Shown here one piece after another: positions 12,939-28,186 of a stretch of DNA of 64,000 nucleotides (position 1 is its first letter; the number at the start of each line of letters is the position of its first letter). Source of the DNA: Auanema rhodensis. Its lineage: Eukaryota > Animalia > Nematoda. The notes beneath the pieces are model-generated. The model saw nothing but the letters and a program-made list of their open reading frames with translations, did not search any database and was not told where the DNA came from. A program made the position numbers and the translations under genes. The stretch is from NCBI GenBank assembly GCA_964057225.1, contig OZ059898.1, positions 17,422,001 to 17,486,000 of the forward strand. The letters run 5' to 3'.

Positions 12939-15746
12939 TATTTTGAAATTTTTCGAAAAAATTTTTGTCAAAATGTTTTTGGAAGCAATGTTGAGTGAAC
13001 ATGGAAACTCAACATACACTAATGCATCATTTTTCAAACAATCATAACTAATTTTTGTATTAAGCGTTTCTCAATGTAGTATAGTGCATTTGATGCGGAT
13101 TTTTAAGCTGCGTCGATCTGTGTTATCAGATTTGCGCTAGCTTAAAAATGCACCGAGATATCAACTGATATAAGTTCACACTTATATCCTCGATTTTCAC
13201 CCTGAAGAATTAATTTTTTCGTTGAATAACATTGTCCATCGTCTTTGCCTTGAAAAAAGGAATCTAAAAACATTTACTTTTTGCTAAATTATTCTGAAAT
13301 TTTTCGAAAAAATTTCTGTCAAAATGTTTTTGGAAGCAATGTTGAGTGTACATGGAAACTCAACATACACTAATGCATCATTTTTCAAACGATCATAACT
13401 AATTTTTGTATTAAGCGTTTTTCAATGTAGTATAGTGCATTCGATGCGGATTTTTAAGCTGCGTCGATCTGTGTTATCAGATTTGCGCTAGCTTAAAAAT
13501 GCACCGAGATATCAACTGATATAAGTTCACACTTATATCCTCGATTTTCACCCTGAAGAATTGATTTTTTCGTTGAATAACATTGTCCATCGTCTTTGCC
13601 TTGAAAAAAGGAATCTAAAAACATTTACTTTTTGCTAAATTATTCTGAAATTTTTTGAAAAAATTTTTGTCAAAATGTTTTTGGAAGCAATGTTGAGTGT
13701 ACATGGAAACTCAACATACACTAATGCATCATTTTTCAAACGATCATAACTAATTTTTGTATTAAGCGTTTCTCAATGTAGTATAGTGCATTTGATGCGG
13801 ATTTTTAAGCTGCGTCGATCTGTGTTATCAGATTTGCGCTAGCTTAAAAATGCACCGAGATATCAACTGATATAAGTTCACACTTATATCCTCGATTTTC
13901 ACCCTGAAGAATTAATTTTTTCGTTGAATAACATTGTCCATCGTCTTTGCCTTGAAAAAAGGAATCTAAAAACATTTACTTTTTGCTAAATTATTCTGAA
14001 ATTTTTCGAAAAAATTTTTGTCAAAATGTTTTTGGAAGCAATGTTGAGTGTACATGGAAACTCAACATACACTAATGCACCATTTTTCAAACGATCATAA
14101 CTAATTTTTGTATTAAGCGTTTCTCAATGTAGTATAGTGCATTTGATGCGGATTTTTAAGCTGCGTCGATCTGTGTTATCAGATTTGCGCTAGCTTAAAA
14201 ATGCACCGAGATATCAACTGATATAAGTTCACACTTATATCCTCGATTTTCACCCTGAAGAATTGATTTTTTCGTTGAATAACATTGTCCATCGTCTTTG
14301 CCTTGAAAAAAGGAATCTAAAAACAATTACTTTTTGCTAAATTATTCTGAAATTTTTCGAAAAAATTTTTGTCAAAATGTTTTTGGAAGCAATGTTGAGT
14401 GTACATGGAAACTCAACATACACTAATGCATCATTTTTCAAACGATCATAACTAATTTTTGTATTAAGCGTTTCTCAATGTAGTATAGTGCATTTGATGC
14501 GGATTTTCAAGCTGCGTCGATCTGTGTTATCAGATTTGCGCTAGCTTAAAAATGCACCGAGATATCAACTGATATAAGTTCACACTTATATCCTCGATTT
14601 TCACCCTGAAGAAACAATTTTTTCGTTGAATAACATTGTCCATCGTCTTTGCCTTGAGAAAAGGAATCTAAAAACATCTACTTTTTGCTAAATTATTTTG
14701 AAGTTTTTCGAAAAAATTTTTGTCAAAATGTTTTTGGAAGCAATGTTGAGTGTACATGGAAACTCAACATACACTAATGCATCATTTTTCAAACGATCAT
14801 AACTAATTTTTGTATTAAGCGTTTCTCAATGTAGTATAGTGCATTCGATGCGGATTTTTAAGCTGCGTCGATCTGTGTTATCAGATTTGCGCTAGCTTAA
14901 AAATGCACCGAGATATCAACTGATATAAGTTCACACTTATATCCTCGATTTTCACCCTGAAGAATTAATTTTTTCGTTGAATAACATTGTCCATCGTCTT
15001 TGCCTTGAAAAAAGGAATCTAAAAACATTTACTTTTTGCTAAATTATTCTGAAATTTTTCGAAAAAATTTTTGTCAAAATGTTTTTGGAAGCAATGTTGA
15101 GTGTACATGGAAACTCAACATACACTAATGCACCATTTTTCAAACGATCATAACTAATTTTTGTATTAAGCGTTTCTCAATGTAGTATAATGCATTCGAT
15201 GCGGATTTTTAAGCTGCGTCGATCTGTGTTATCAGATTTGCGCTAGCTTAAAAATGCACCGAGATATCAACTGATATAAGTTCACACTTATATCCTCGAT
15301 TTTCACCCTGAAGAATTAATTTTTTCGTTGAATAACATTGTCCATCGTCTTTGCCTTGAAAAAAGGAATCTAAAAACATTTACTTTTTGCTAAATTATTC
15401 TGAAATTTTTCGAAAAAATTTTTGTCAAAATGTTTTTGGAAGCAATGTTGAGTGTACATGGAAACTCAACATACACTAATGCACCATTTTTCAAACGATC
15501 ATAACTAATTTTTGTATCAAGCGTTTCTCAATGTAGTATAGTGCATTCGATGCGGATTTTTAAGCTGCGTCGATCTGTGTTATCAGATTTGCGCTAGCTT
15601 AAAAATGCACCGAGATATCAACTGATATAAGTTCACACTTATATCCTCGATTTTCACCCTGAAGAATTAATTTTTTCGTTGAATAACATTGTCCATCGTC
15701 TTTGCCTTGAAAAAAGGAATCTAAAAACATCTACTTTTTGCTAAAT

Positions 15747-16048
15747 TATTTTGAAATTTTTGGAAACTCAACATACACTAATGCATCATTTTTCAAACAA
15801 TCATAACTAATTTTTGTATTAAGCGTTTCTCAATGTAGTATAGTGCATTCGATGCGGATTTTTAAGCTGCGTCGATCTGTGTTATCAGATTTGCGCTAGC
15901 TTAAAAATGCACCGAGATATCAACTGATATAAGTTCACACTTATATCCTCGATTTTCACCCTGAAGAATTAATTTTTTCGTTGAATAATATTGTCCATCG
16001 TCTTTGCCTTGAAAAAAGGAATCTAAAAACATCTACTTTTTGCTAAAT
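15747..16048. repeat. 302-bp deletion monomer M46
   Basis: Same junction GAAATTTTTGGAAACTC; next monomer at 16049. Confidence 0.97.
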
Positions 16049-16699
16049 TATTTTGAAATTTTTCGAAAAAATTTTTGTCAAAATGTTTTTGGAAGCAATG
16101 TTGAGTGAACATGGAAACTCAACATACACTAATGCATCATTTTTCAAACAATCATAACTAATTTTTGTATTAAGCGTTTCTCAATGTAGTATAGTGCATT
16201 TGATGCGGATTTTTAAGCTGCGTCGATCTGTGTTATCAGATTTGCGCTAGCTTAAAAATGCACCGAGATATCAACTGATATAAGTTCACACTTATATCCT
16301 CGATTTTCACCCTGAAGAATTAATTTTTTCGTTGAATAACATTGTCCATCGTCTTTGCCTTGAAAAAAGGAATCTAAAAACATTTACTTTTTGCTAAATT
16401 ATTCTGAAATTTTTCGAAAAAATTTTTGTCAAAATGTTTTTGGAAGCAATGTTGAGTGTACATGGAAACTCAACATACACTAATGCACCATTTTTCAAAC
16501 GATCATAACTAATTTTTGTATCAAGCGTTTCTCAATGTAGTATAGTGCATTCGATGCGGATTTTTAAGCTGCGTCGATCTGTGTTATCAGATTTGCGCTA
16601 GCTTAAAAATGCACCGAGATATCAACTGATATAAGTTCACACTTATATCCTCGATTTTCACCCTGAAGAAATAATTTTTTCGTTGAATAACATTGTCCA

Positions 16700-19600
16700 T
16701 CGTCTTTGCCTTGAGAAAAGAAATCTAAAAACATCTACTTTTTGCTAAATTATTTTGAAGTTTTTCGAAAAAATTTTTGTCAAAATGTTTTTGGAAGCAA
16801 TGTTGAGTGTACATGGAAACTCAACATACACTAATGCATCATTTTTCAAACGATCATAACTAATTTTTGTATTAAGCGTTTCTCAATGTAGTATAGTGCA
16901 TTCGATGCGGATTTTTAAGCTGCGTCGATCTGTGTTATCAGATTTGCGCTAGCTTAAAAATGCACCGAGATATCAACTGATATAAGTTCACACTTATATC
17001 CTCGATTTTCACCCTGAAGAATTAATTTTTTCGTTGAATAACATTGTCCATCGTCTTTGCCTTGAAAAAAGGAATCTAAAAACATCTACTTTTTGCTAAA
17101 TTATTTTGAAATTTTTCGAAAAAATTTTTGTCAAAATGTTTTTGGAAGCAATGTTGAGTGAACATGGAAACTCAACATACACTAATGCATCATTTTTCAA
17201 ACAATCATAACTAATTTTTGTATTAAGCGTTTCTCAATGTAGTATAGTGCATTTGATGCGGATTTTTAAGCTGCGTCGATCTGTGTTATCAGATTTGCGC
17301 TAGCTTAAAAATGCACCGAGATATCAACTGATATAAGTTCACACTTATATCCTCGATTTTCACCCTGAAGAATTAATTTTTTCGTTGAATAACATTGTCC
17401 ATCGTCTTTGCCTTGAAAAAAGGAATCTAAAAACATTTACTTTTTGCTAAATTATTCTGAAATTTTTCGAAAAAATTTCTGTCAAAATGTTTTTGGAAGC
17501 AATCTTGAGTGTACATGGAAACTCAACATACACTAATGCATCATTTTTCAAACGATCATAACTAATTTTTGTATTAAGCGTTTCTCAATGTAGTATAGTG
17601 CATTCGATGCGGATTTTTAAGCTGCGTCGATCTGTGTTATCAGATTTGCGCTAGCTTAAAAATGCACCGAGATATCAACTGATATAAGTTCACACTTATA
17701 TCCTCGATTTTCACCCTGAAGAATTGATTTTTTCGTTGAATAACATTGTCCATCGTCTTTGCCTTGAAAAAAGGAATCTAAAAACATTTACTTTTTGCTA
17801 AATTATTCTGAAATTTTTCGAAAAAATTTTTGTCAAAATGTTTTTGGAAGCAATGTTGAGTGTACATGGAAACTCAACATACACTAATGCATCATTTTTC
17901 AAACGATCATAACTAATTTTTGTATTAAGCGTTTCTCAATGTAGTATAGTGCATTTGATGCGGATTTTTAAGCTGCGTCGATCTGTGTTATCAGATTTGC
18001 GCTAGCTTAAAAATGCACCGAGATATCAACTGATATAAGTTCACACTTATATCCTCGATTTTCACCCTGAAGAATTGATTTTTTCGTTGAATAACATTGT
18101 CCATCGTCTTTGCCTTGAAAAAAGGAATCTAAAAACAATTACTTTTTGCTAAATTATTCTGAAATTTTTCGAAAAAATTTTTGTCAAAATGTTTTTGGAA
18201 GCAATGTTGAGTGTACATGGAAACTCAACATACACTAATGCATCATTTTTCAAACGATCATAACTAATTTTTGTATTAAGCGTTTCTCAATGTAGTATAG
18301 TGCATTTGATGCGGATTTTCAAGCTGCGTCGATCTGTGTTATCAGATTTGCGCTAGCTTAAAAATGCACCGAGATATCAACTGATATAAGTTCACACTTA
18401 TATCCTCGATTTTCACCCTGAAGAAACAATTTTTTCGTTGAATAACATTGTCCATCGTCTTTGCCTTGAGAAAAGGAATCTAAAAACATCTACTTTTTGC
18501 TAAATTATTTTGAAGTTTTTCGAAAAAATTTTTGTCAAAATGTTTTTGGAAGCAATGTTGAGTGTACATGGAAACTCAACATACACTAATGCATCATTTT
18601 TCAAACGATCATAACTAATTTTTGTATTAAGCGTTTCTCAATGTAGTATAATGCATTCGATGCGGATTTTTAAGCTGCGTCGATCTGTGTTATCAGATTT
18701 GCGCTAGCTTAAAAATGCACCGAGATATCAACTGATATAAGTTCACACTTATATCCTCGATTTTCACCCTGAAGAATTAATTTTTTCGTTGAATAACATT
18801 GTCCATCGTCTTTGCCTTGAAAAAAGGAATCTAAAAACATTTACTTTTTGCTAAATTATTCTGAAATTTTTCGAAAAAATTTCTGTCAAAATGTTTTTGG
18901 AAGCAATCTTGAGTGTACATGGAAACTCAACATACACTAATGCATCATTTTTCAAACGATCATAACTAATTTTTGTATTAAGCGTTTCTCAATGTAGTAT
19001 AGTGCATTCGATGCGGATTTTTAAGCTGCGTCGATCTGTGTTATCAGATTTGCGCTAGCTTAAAAATGCACCGAGATATCAACTGATATAAGTTCACACT
19101 TATATCCTCGATTTTCACCCTGAAGAATTGATTTTTTCGTTGAATAACATTGTCCATCGTCTTTGCCTTGAGAAAAGAAATCTAAAAACATCTACTTTTT
19201 GCTAAATTATTTTGAAGTTTTTCGAAAAAATTTTTGTCAAAATGTTTTTGGAAGCAATGTTGAGTGTACATGGAAACTCAACATACACTAATGCATCATT
19301 TTTCAAACGATCATAACTAATTTTTGTATTAAGCGTTTCTCAATGTAGTATAGTGCATTCGATGCGGATTTTTAAGCTGCGTCGATCTGTGTTATCAGAT
19401 TTGCGCTAGCTTAAAAATGCACCGAGATATCAACTGATATAAGTTCACACTTATATCCTCGATTTTCACCCTGAAGAATTAATTTTTTCGTTGAATAACA
19501 TTGTCCATCGTCTTTGCCTTGAAAAAAGGAATCTAAAAACATCTACTTTTTGCTAAATTATTTTGAAATTTTTCGAAAAAATTTTTGTCAAAATGTTTTT

Positions 19601-21300
19601 GGAAGCAATGTTGAGTGAACATGGAAACTCAACATACACTAATGCATCATTTTTCAAACAATCATAACTAATTTTTGTATTAAGCGTTTCTCAATGTAGT
19701 ATAGTGCATTTGATGCGGATTTTTAAGCTGCGTCGATCTGTGTTATCAGATTTGCGCTAGCTTAAAAATGCACCGAGATATCAACTGATATAAGTTCACA
19801 CTTATATCCTCGATTTTCACCCTGAAGAATTAATTTTTTTGTTGAATAACATTGTCCATCGTCTTTGCCTTGAAAAAAGGAATCTAAAAACATTTACTTT
19901 TTGCTAAATTATTCTGAAATTTTTCGAAAAAATTTCTGTCAAAATGTTTTTGGAAGCAATCTTGAGTGTACATGGAAACTCAACATACACTAATGCATCA
20001 TTTTTCAAACGATCATAACTAATTTTTGTATTAAGCGTTTCTCAATGTAGTATAGTGCATTCGATGCGGATTTTTAAGCTGCGTCGATCTGTGTTATCAG
20101 ATTTGCGCTAGCTTAAAAATGCACCGAGATATCAACTGATATAAGTTCACACTTATATCCTCGATTTTCACCCTGAAGAATTGATTTTTTCGTTGAATAA
20201 CATTGTCCATCGTCTTTGCCTTGAAAAAAGGAATCTAAAAACATTTACTTTTTGCTAAATTATTCTGAAATTTTTCGAAAAAATTTTTGTCAAAATGTTT
20301 TTGGAAGCAATGTTGAGTGTACATGGAAACTCAACATACACTAATGCATCATTTTTCAAACGATCATAACTAATTTTTGTATTAAGCGTTTCTCAATGTA
20401 GTATAGTGCATTTGATGCGGATTTTTAAGCTGCGTCGATCTGTGTTATCAGATTTGCGCTAGCTTAAAAATGCACCGAGATATCAACTGATATAAGTTCA
20501 CACTTATATCCTCGATTTTCACCCTGAAGAATTGATTTTTTCGTTGAATAACATTGTCCATCGTCTTTGCCTTGAAAAAAGGAATCTAAAAACAATTACT
20601 TTTTGCTAAATTATTCTGAAATTTTTCGAAAAAATTTTTGTCAAAATGTTTTTGGAAGCAATGTTGAGTGTACATGGAAACTCAACATACACTAATGCAT
20701 CATTTTTCAAACGATCATAACTAATTTTTGTATTAAGCGTTTCTCAATGTAGTATAGTGCATTTGATGCGGATTTTCAAGCTGCGTCGATCTGTGTTATC
20801 AGATTTGCGCTAGCTTAAAAATGCACCGAGATATCAACTGATATAAGTTCACACTTATATCCTCGATTTTCACCCTGAAGAAACAATTTTTTCGTTGAAT
20901 AACATTGTCCATCGTCTTTGCCTTGAGAAAAGGAATCTAAAAACATCTACTTTTTGCTAAATTATTTTGAAGTTTTTCGAAAAAATTTTTGTCAAAATGT
21001 TTTTGGAAGCAATGTTGAGTGTACATGGAAACTCAACATACACTAATGCATCATTTTTCAAACGATCATAACTAATTTTTGTATTAAGCGTTTCTCAATG
21101 TAGTATAGTGCATTCGATGCGGATTTTTAAGCTGCGTCGATCTGTGTTATCAGATTTGCGCTAGCTTAAAAATGCACCGAGATATCAACTGATATAAGTT
21201 CACACTTATATCCTCGATTTTCACCCTGAAGAATTAATTTTTTCGTTGAATAACATTGTCCATCGTCTTTGCCTTGAAAAAAGGAATCTAAAAACATTTA
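16700..21300. repeat. Duplication with 7-monomer (2457-bp) period, about M49-54 / M56-61
   Basis: GAGAAAAGAAATCT variant at 16721 and 19178, followed by the same monomer series. Boundaries approximate. Confidence 0.8.
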
Positions 21301-22366
21301 CTTTTTGCTAAATTATTCTGAAATTTTTCGAAAAAATTTTTGTCAAAATGTTTTTGGAAGCAATGTTGAGTGTACATGGAAACTCAACATACACTAATGC
21401 ACCATTTTTCAAACGATCATAACTAATTTTTGTATTAAGCGTTTCTCAATGTAGTATAATGCATTCGATGCGGATTTTTAAGCTGCGTCGATCTGTGTTA
21501 TCAGATTTGCGCTAGCTTAAAAATGCACCGAGATATCAACTGATATAAGTTCACACTTATATCCTCGATTTTCACCCTGAAGAATTAATTTTTTCGTTGA
21601 ATAACATTGTCCATCGTCTTTGCCTTGAAAAAAGGAATCTAAAAACATTTACTTTTTGCTAAATTATTCTGAAATTTTTCGAAAAAATTTTTGTCAAAAT
21701 GTTTTTGGAAGCAATGTTGAGTGTACATGGAAACTCAACATACACTAATGCACCATTTTTCAAACGATCATAACTAATTTTTGTATCAAGCGTTTCTCAA
21801 TGTAGTATAGTGCATTCGATGCGGATTTTTAAGCTGCGTCGATCTGTGTTATCAGATTTGCGCTAGCTTAAAAATGCACCGAGATATCAACTGATATAAG
21901 TTCACACTTATATCCTCGATTTTCACCCTGAAGAATTAATTTTTTCGTTGAATAACATTGTCCATCGTCTTTGCCTTGAAAAAAGGAATCTAAAAACATT
22001 TACTTTTTGCTAAATTATTCTGAAATTTTTCGAAAAAATTTTTGTCAAAATGTTTTTGGAAGCAATGTTGAGTGTACATGGAAACTCAACATACACTAAT
22101 GCACCATTTTTCAAACGATCATAACTAATTTTTGTATCAAGCGTTTCTCAATGTAGTATAGTGCATTCGATGCGGATTTTTAAGCTGCGTCGATCTGTGT
22201 TATCAGATTTGCGCTAGCTTAAAAATGCACCGAGATATCAACTGATATAAGTTCACACTTATATCCTCGATTTTCACCCTGAAGAATTAATTTTTTCGTT
22301 GAATAACATTGTCCATCGTCTTTGCCTTGAAAAAAGGAATCTAAAAACATCTACTTTTTGCTAAAT

Positions 22367-22668
22367 TATTTTGAAATTTTTGGAAACTCAACATACACTA
22401 ATGCATCATTTTTCAAACAATCATAACTAATTTTTGTATTAAGCGTTTCTCAATGTAGTATAGTGCATTCGATGCGGATTTTTAAGCTGCGTCGATCTGT
22501 GTTATCAGATTTGCGCTAGCTTAAAAATGCACCGAGATATCAACTGATATAAGTTCACACTTATATCCTCGATTTTCACCCTGAAGAATTAATTTTTTCG
22601 TTGAATAACATTGTCCATCGTCTTTGCCTTGAAAAAAGGAATCTAAAAACATCTACTTTTTGCTAAAT
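22367..22668. repeat. 302-bp deletion monomer M65
   Basis: Same junction; next monomer at 22669. Confidence 0.97.
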
Positions 22669-24072
22669 TATTTTGAAATTTTTCGAAAAAATTTTTGTCA
22701 AAATGTTTTTGGAAGCAATGTTGAGTGAACATGGAAACTCAACATACACTAATGCATCATTTTTCAAACAATCATAACTAATTTTTGTATTAAGCGTTTC
22801 TCAATGTAGTATAGTGCATTCGATGCGGATTTTTAAGCTGCGTCGATCTGTGTTATCAGATTTGCGCTAGCTTAAAAATGCACCGAGATATCAACTGATA
22901 TAAGTTCACACTTATATCCTCGATTTTCACCCTGAAGAAATAATTTTTTCGTTGAATAACATTGTCCATCGTCTTTGCCTTGAGAAAAGGAATCTAAAAA
23001 CATCTACTTTTTGCTAAATTATTTTGAAGTTTTTCGAAAAAATTTTTGTCAAAATGTTTTTGGAAGCAATGTTGAGTGTACATGGAAACTCAACATACAC
23101 TAATGCATCATTTTTCAAACGATCATAACTAATTTTTGTATTAAGCGTTTCTCAATGTAGTATAGTGCATTCGATGCGGATTTTTAAGCTGCGTCGATCT
23201 GTGTTATCAGATTTGCGCTAGCTTAAAAATGCACCGAGATATCAACTGATATAAGTTCACACTTATATCCTCGATTTTCACCCTGAAGAATTAATTTTTT
23301 CGTTGAATAACATTGTCCATCGTCTTTGCCTTGAAAAAAGGAATCTAAAAACATTTACTTTTTGCTAAATTATTCTGAAATTTTTCGAAAAAATTTTTGT
23401 CAAAATGTTTTTGGAAGCAATGTTGAGTGTACATGGAAACTCAACATACACTAATGCACCATTTTTCAAACGATCATAACTAATTTTTGTATTAAGCGTT
23501 TCTCAATGTAGTATAATGCATTCGATGCGGATTTTTAAGCTGCGTCGATCTGTGTTATCAGATTTGCGCTAGCTTAAAAATGCACCGAGATATCAACTGA
23601 TATAAGTTCACACTTATATCCTCGATTTTCACCCTGAAGAATTAATTTTTTCGTTGAATAACATTGTCCATCGTCTTTGCCTTGAAAAAAGGAATCTAAA
23701 AACATTTACTTTTTGCTAAATTATTCTGAAATTTTTCGAAAAAATTTTTGTCAAAATGTTTTTGGAAGCAATGTTGAGTGTACATGGAAACTCAACATAC
23801 ACTAATGCACCATTTTTCAAACGATCATAACTAATTTTTGTATCAAGCGTTTCTCAATGTAGTATAGTGCATTCGATGCGGATTTTTAAGCTGCGTCGAT
23901 CTGTGTTATCAGATTTGCGCTAGCTTAAAAATGCACCGAGATATCAACTGATATAAGTTCACACTTATATCCTCGATTTTCACCCTGAAGAATTAATTTT
24001 TTCGTTGAATAACATTGTCCATCGTCTTTGCCTTGAAAAAAGGAATCTAAAAACATCTACTTTTTGCTAAAT

Positions 24073-24374
24073 TATTTTGAAATTTTTGGAAACTCAACAT
24101 ACACTAATGCATCATTTTTCAAACAATCATAACTAATTTTTGTATTAAGCGTTTCTCAATGTAGTATAGTGCATTCGATGCGGATTTTTAAGCTGCGTCG
24201 ATCTGTGTTATCAGATTTGCGCTAGCTTAAAAATGCACCGAGATATCAACTGATATAAGTTCACACTTATATCCTCGATTTTCACCCTGAAGAATTAATT
24301 TTTTCGTTGAATAATATTGTCCATCGTCTTTGCCTTGAAAAAAGGAATCTAAAAACATCTACTTTTTGCTAAAT
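24073..24374. repeat. 302-bp deletion monomer M70
   Basis: Same junction; next monomer at 24375. Confidence 0.97.
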
Positions 24375-27300
24375 TATTTTGAAATTTTTCGAAAAAATTT
24401 TTGTCAAAATGTTTTTGGAAGCAATGTTGAGTGAACATGGAAACTCAACATACACTAATGCATCATTTTTCAAACAATCATAACTAATTTTTGTATTAAG
24501 CGTTTCTCAATGTAGTATAGTGCATTTGATGCGGATTTTTAAGCTGCGTCGATCTGTGTTATCAGATTTGCGCTAGCTTAAAAATGCACCGAGATATCAA
24601 CTGATATAAGTTCACACTTATATCCTCGATTTTCACCCTGAAGAATTAATTTTTTCGTTGAATAACATTGTCCATCGTCTTTGCCTTGAAAAAAGGAATC
24701 TAAAAACATTTACTTTTTGCTAAATTATTCTGAAATTTTTCGAAAAAATTTCTGTCAAAATGTTTTTGGAAGCAATGTTGAGTGTACATGGAAACTCAAC
24801 ATACACTAATGCATCATTTTTCAAACGATCATAACTAATTTTTGTATTAAGCGTTTCTCAATGTAGTATAGTGCATTCGATGCGGATTTTTAAGCTGCGT
24901 CGATCTGTGTTATCAGATTTGCGCTAGCTTAAAAATGCACCGAGATATCAACTGATATAAGTTCACACTTATATCCTCGATTTTCACCCTGAAGAATCAA
25001 TTTTTTCGTTGAATAACATTGTCCATCGTCTTTGCCTTGAAAAAAGGAATCTAAAAACATCTACTTTTTGCTAAATTATTTTGAAATTTTTCGAAAAAAT
25101 TTTTGTCAAAATGTTTTTGGAAGCAATGTTGAGTGAACATGGAAACTCAACATACACTAATGCATCATTTTTCAAACAATCATAACTAATTTTTGTATTA
25201 AGCGTTTCTCAATGTAGTATAGTGCATTTGATGCGGATTTTTAAGCTGCGTCGATCTGTGTTATCAGATTTGCGCTAGCTTAAAAATGCACCGAGATATC
25301 AACTGATATAAGTTCACACTTATATCCTCGATTTTCACCCTGAAGAATTAATTTTTTCGTTGAATAACATTGTCCATCGTCTTTGCCTTGAAAAAAGGAA
25401 TCTAAAAACATTTACTTTTTGCTAAATTATTCTGAAATTTTTCGAAAAAATTTCTGTCAAAATGTTTTTGGAAGCAATGTTGAGTGTACATGGAAACTCA
25501 ACATACACTAATGCATCATTTTTCAAACGATCATAACTAATTTTTGTATTAAGCGTTTCTCAATGTAGTATAGTGCATTCGATGCGGATTTTTAAGCTGC
25601 GTCGATCTGTGTTATCAGATTTGCGCTAGCTTAAAAATGCACCGAGATATCAACTGATATAAGTTCACACTTATATCCTCGATTTTCACCCTGAAGAATT
25701 AATTTTTTCGTTGAATAACATTGTCCATCGTCTTTGCCTTGAAAAAAGGAATCTAAAAACATCTACTTTTTGCTAAATTATTTTGAAATTTTTCGAAAAA
25801 ATTTTTGTCAAAATGTTTTTGGAAGCAATGTTGAGTGAACATGGAAACTCAACATACACTAATGCATCATTTTTCAAACAATCATAACTAATTTTTGTAT
25901 TAAGCGTTTCTCAATGTAGTATAGTGCATTTGATGCGGATTTTTAAGCTGCGTCGATCTGTGTTATCAGATTTGCGCTAGCTTAAAAATGCACCGAGATA
26001 TCAACTGATATAAGTTCACACTTATATCCTCGATTTTCACCCTGAAGAATTAATTTTTTCGTTGAATAACATTGTCCATCGTCTTTGCCTTGAAAAAAGG
26101 AATCTAAAAACATTTACTTTTTGCTAAATTATTCTGAAATTTTTCGAAAAAATTTCTGTCAAAATGTTTTTGGAAGCAATGTTGAGTGTACATGGAAACT
26201 CAACATACACTAATGCATCATTTTTCAAACGATCATAACTAATTTTTGTATTAAGCGTTTCTCAATGTAGTATAGTGCATTCGATGCGGATTTTTAAGCT
26301 GCGTCGATCTGTGTTATCAGATTTGCGCTAGCTTAAAAATGCACCGAGATATCAACTGATATAAGTTCACACTTATATCCTCGATTTTCACCCTGAAGAA
26401 TTAATTTTTTCGTTGAATAACATTGTCCATCGTCTTTGCCTTGAAAAAAGGAATCTAAAAACATCTACTTTTTGCTAAATTATTTTGAAATTTTTCGAAA
26501 AAATTTTTGTCAAAATGTTTTTGGAAGCAATGTTGAGTGAACATGGAAACTCAACATACACTAATGCATCATTTTTCAAACAATCATAACTAATTTTTGT
26601 ATTAAGCGTTTCTCAATGTAGTATAGTGCATTTGATGCGGATTTTTAAGCTGCGTCGATCTGTGTTATCAGATTTGCGCTAGCTTAAAAATGCACCGAGA
26701 TATCAACTGATATAAGTTCACACTTATATCCTCGATTTTCACCCTGAAGAATTAATTTTTTCGTTGAATAACATTGTCCATCGTCTTTGCCTTGAAAAAA
26801 GGAATCTAAAAACATCTACTTTTTGCTAAATTATTCTGAAATTTTTTGAAAAAATTTTTGTCAAAATGTTTTTGGAAGCAATGTTGAGTGTACATGGAAA
26901 CTCAACATACACTAATGCATCATTTTTCAAACGATCATAACTAATTTTTGTATTAAGCGTTTCTCAATGTAGTATAGTGCATTCGATGCGGATTTTTAAG
27001 CTGCGTCGATCTGTGTTATCAGATTTGCGCTAGCTTAAAAATGCACCGAGATATCAACTGATATAAGTTCACACTTATATCCTCGATTTTCACCCTGAAG
27101 AATTAATTTTTTCGTTGAATAACATTGTCCATCGTCTTTGCCTTGAAAAAAGGAATCTAAAAACATTTACTTTTTGCTAAATTATTCTGAAATTTTTCGA
27201 AAAAATTTTTGTCAAAATGTTTTTGGAAGCAATGTTGAGTGTACATGGAAACTCAACATACACTAATGCACCATTTTTCAAACGATCATAACTAATTTTT

Positions 27301-27884
27301 GTATTAAGCGTTTCTCAATGTAGTATAATGCATTCGATGCGGATTTGTAAGCTGCGTCGATCTGTGTTATCAGATTTGCGCTAGCTTAAAAATGCACCGA
27401 GATATCAACTGATATAAGTTCACACTTATATCCTCGATTTTCACCCTGAAGAATTAATTTTTTCGTTGAATAACATTGTCCATCGTCTTTGCCTTGAAAA
27501 AAGGAATCTAAAAACATTTACTTTTTGCTAAATTATTCTGAAATTTTTCGAAAAAATTTTTGTCAAAATGTTTTTGGAAGCAATGTTGAGTGTACATGGA
27601 AACTCAACATACACTAATGCACCATTTTTCAAACGATCATAACTAATTTTTGTATTAAGCGTTTCTCAATGTAGTATAGTGCATTCGATGCGGATTTTTA
27701 AGCTGCGTCGATCTGTGTTATCAGATTTGCGCTAGCTTAAAAATGCACCGAGATATCAACTGATATAAGTTCACACTTATATCCTCGATTTTCACCCTGA
27801 AGAATTAATTTTTTCGTTGAATAACATTGTCCATCGTCTTTGCCTTGAAAAAAGGAATCTAAAAACATCTACTTTTTGCTAAAT

Positions 27885-28186
27885 TATTTTGAAATTTTTA
27901 GAAACTCAACATACACTAATGCATCATTTTTCAAACAATCATAACTAATTTTTGTATTAAGCGTTTCTCAATGTAGTATAGTGCATTCGATGCGGATTTT
28001 TAAGCTGCGTCGATCTGTGTTATCAGATTTGCGCTAGCTTAAAAATGCACCGAGATATCAACTGATATAAGTTCACACTTATATCCTCGATTTTCACCCT
28101 GAAGAATTAATTTTTTCGTTGAATAATATTGTCCATCGTCTTTGCCTTGAAAAAAGGAATCTAAAAACATCTACTTTTTGCTAAAT
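27885..28186. repeat. 302-bp deletion monomer M81 with G>A at the junction
   Basis: Junction reads GAAATTTTTAGAAACTC (A at 27900); next monomer at 28187. Confidence 0.96.
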
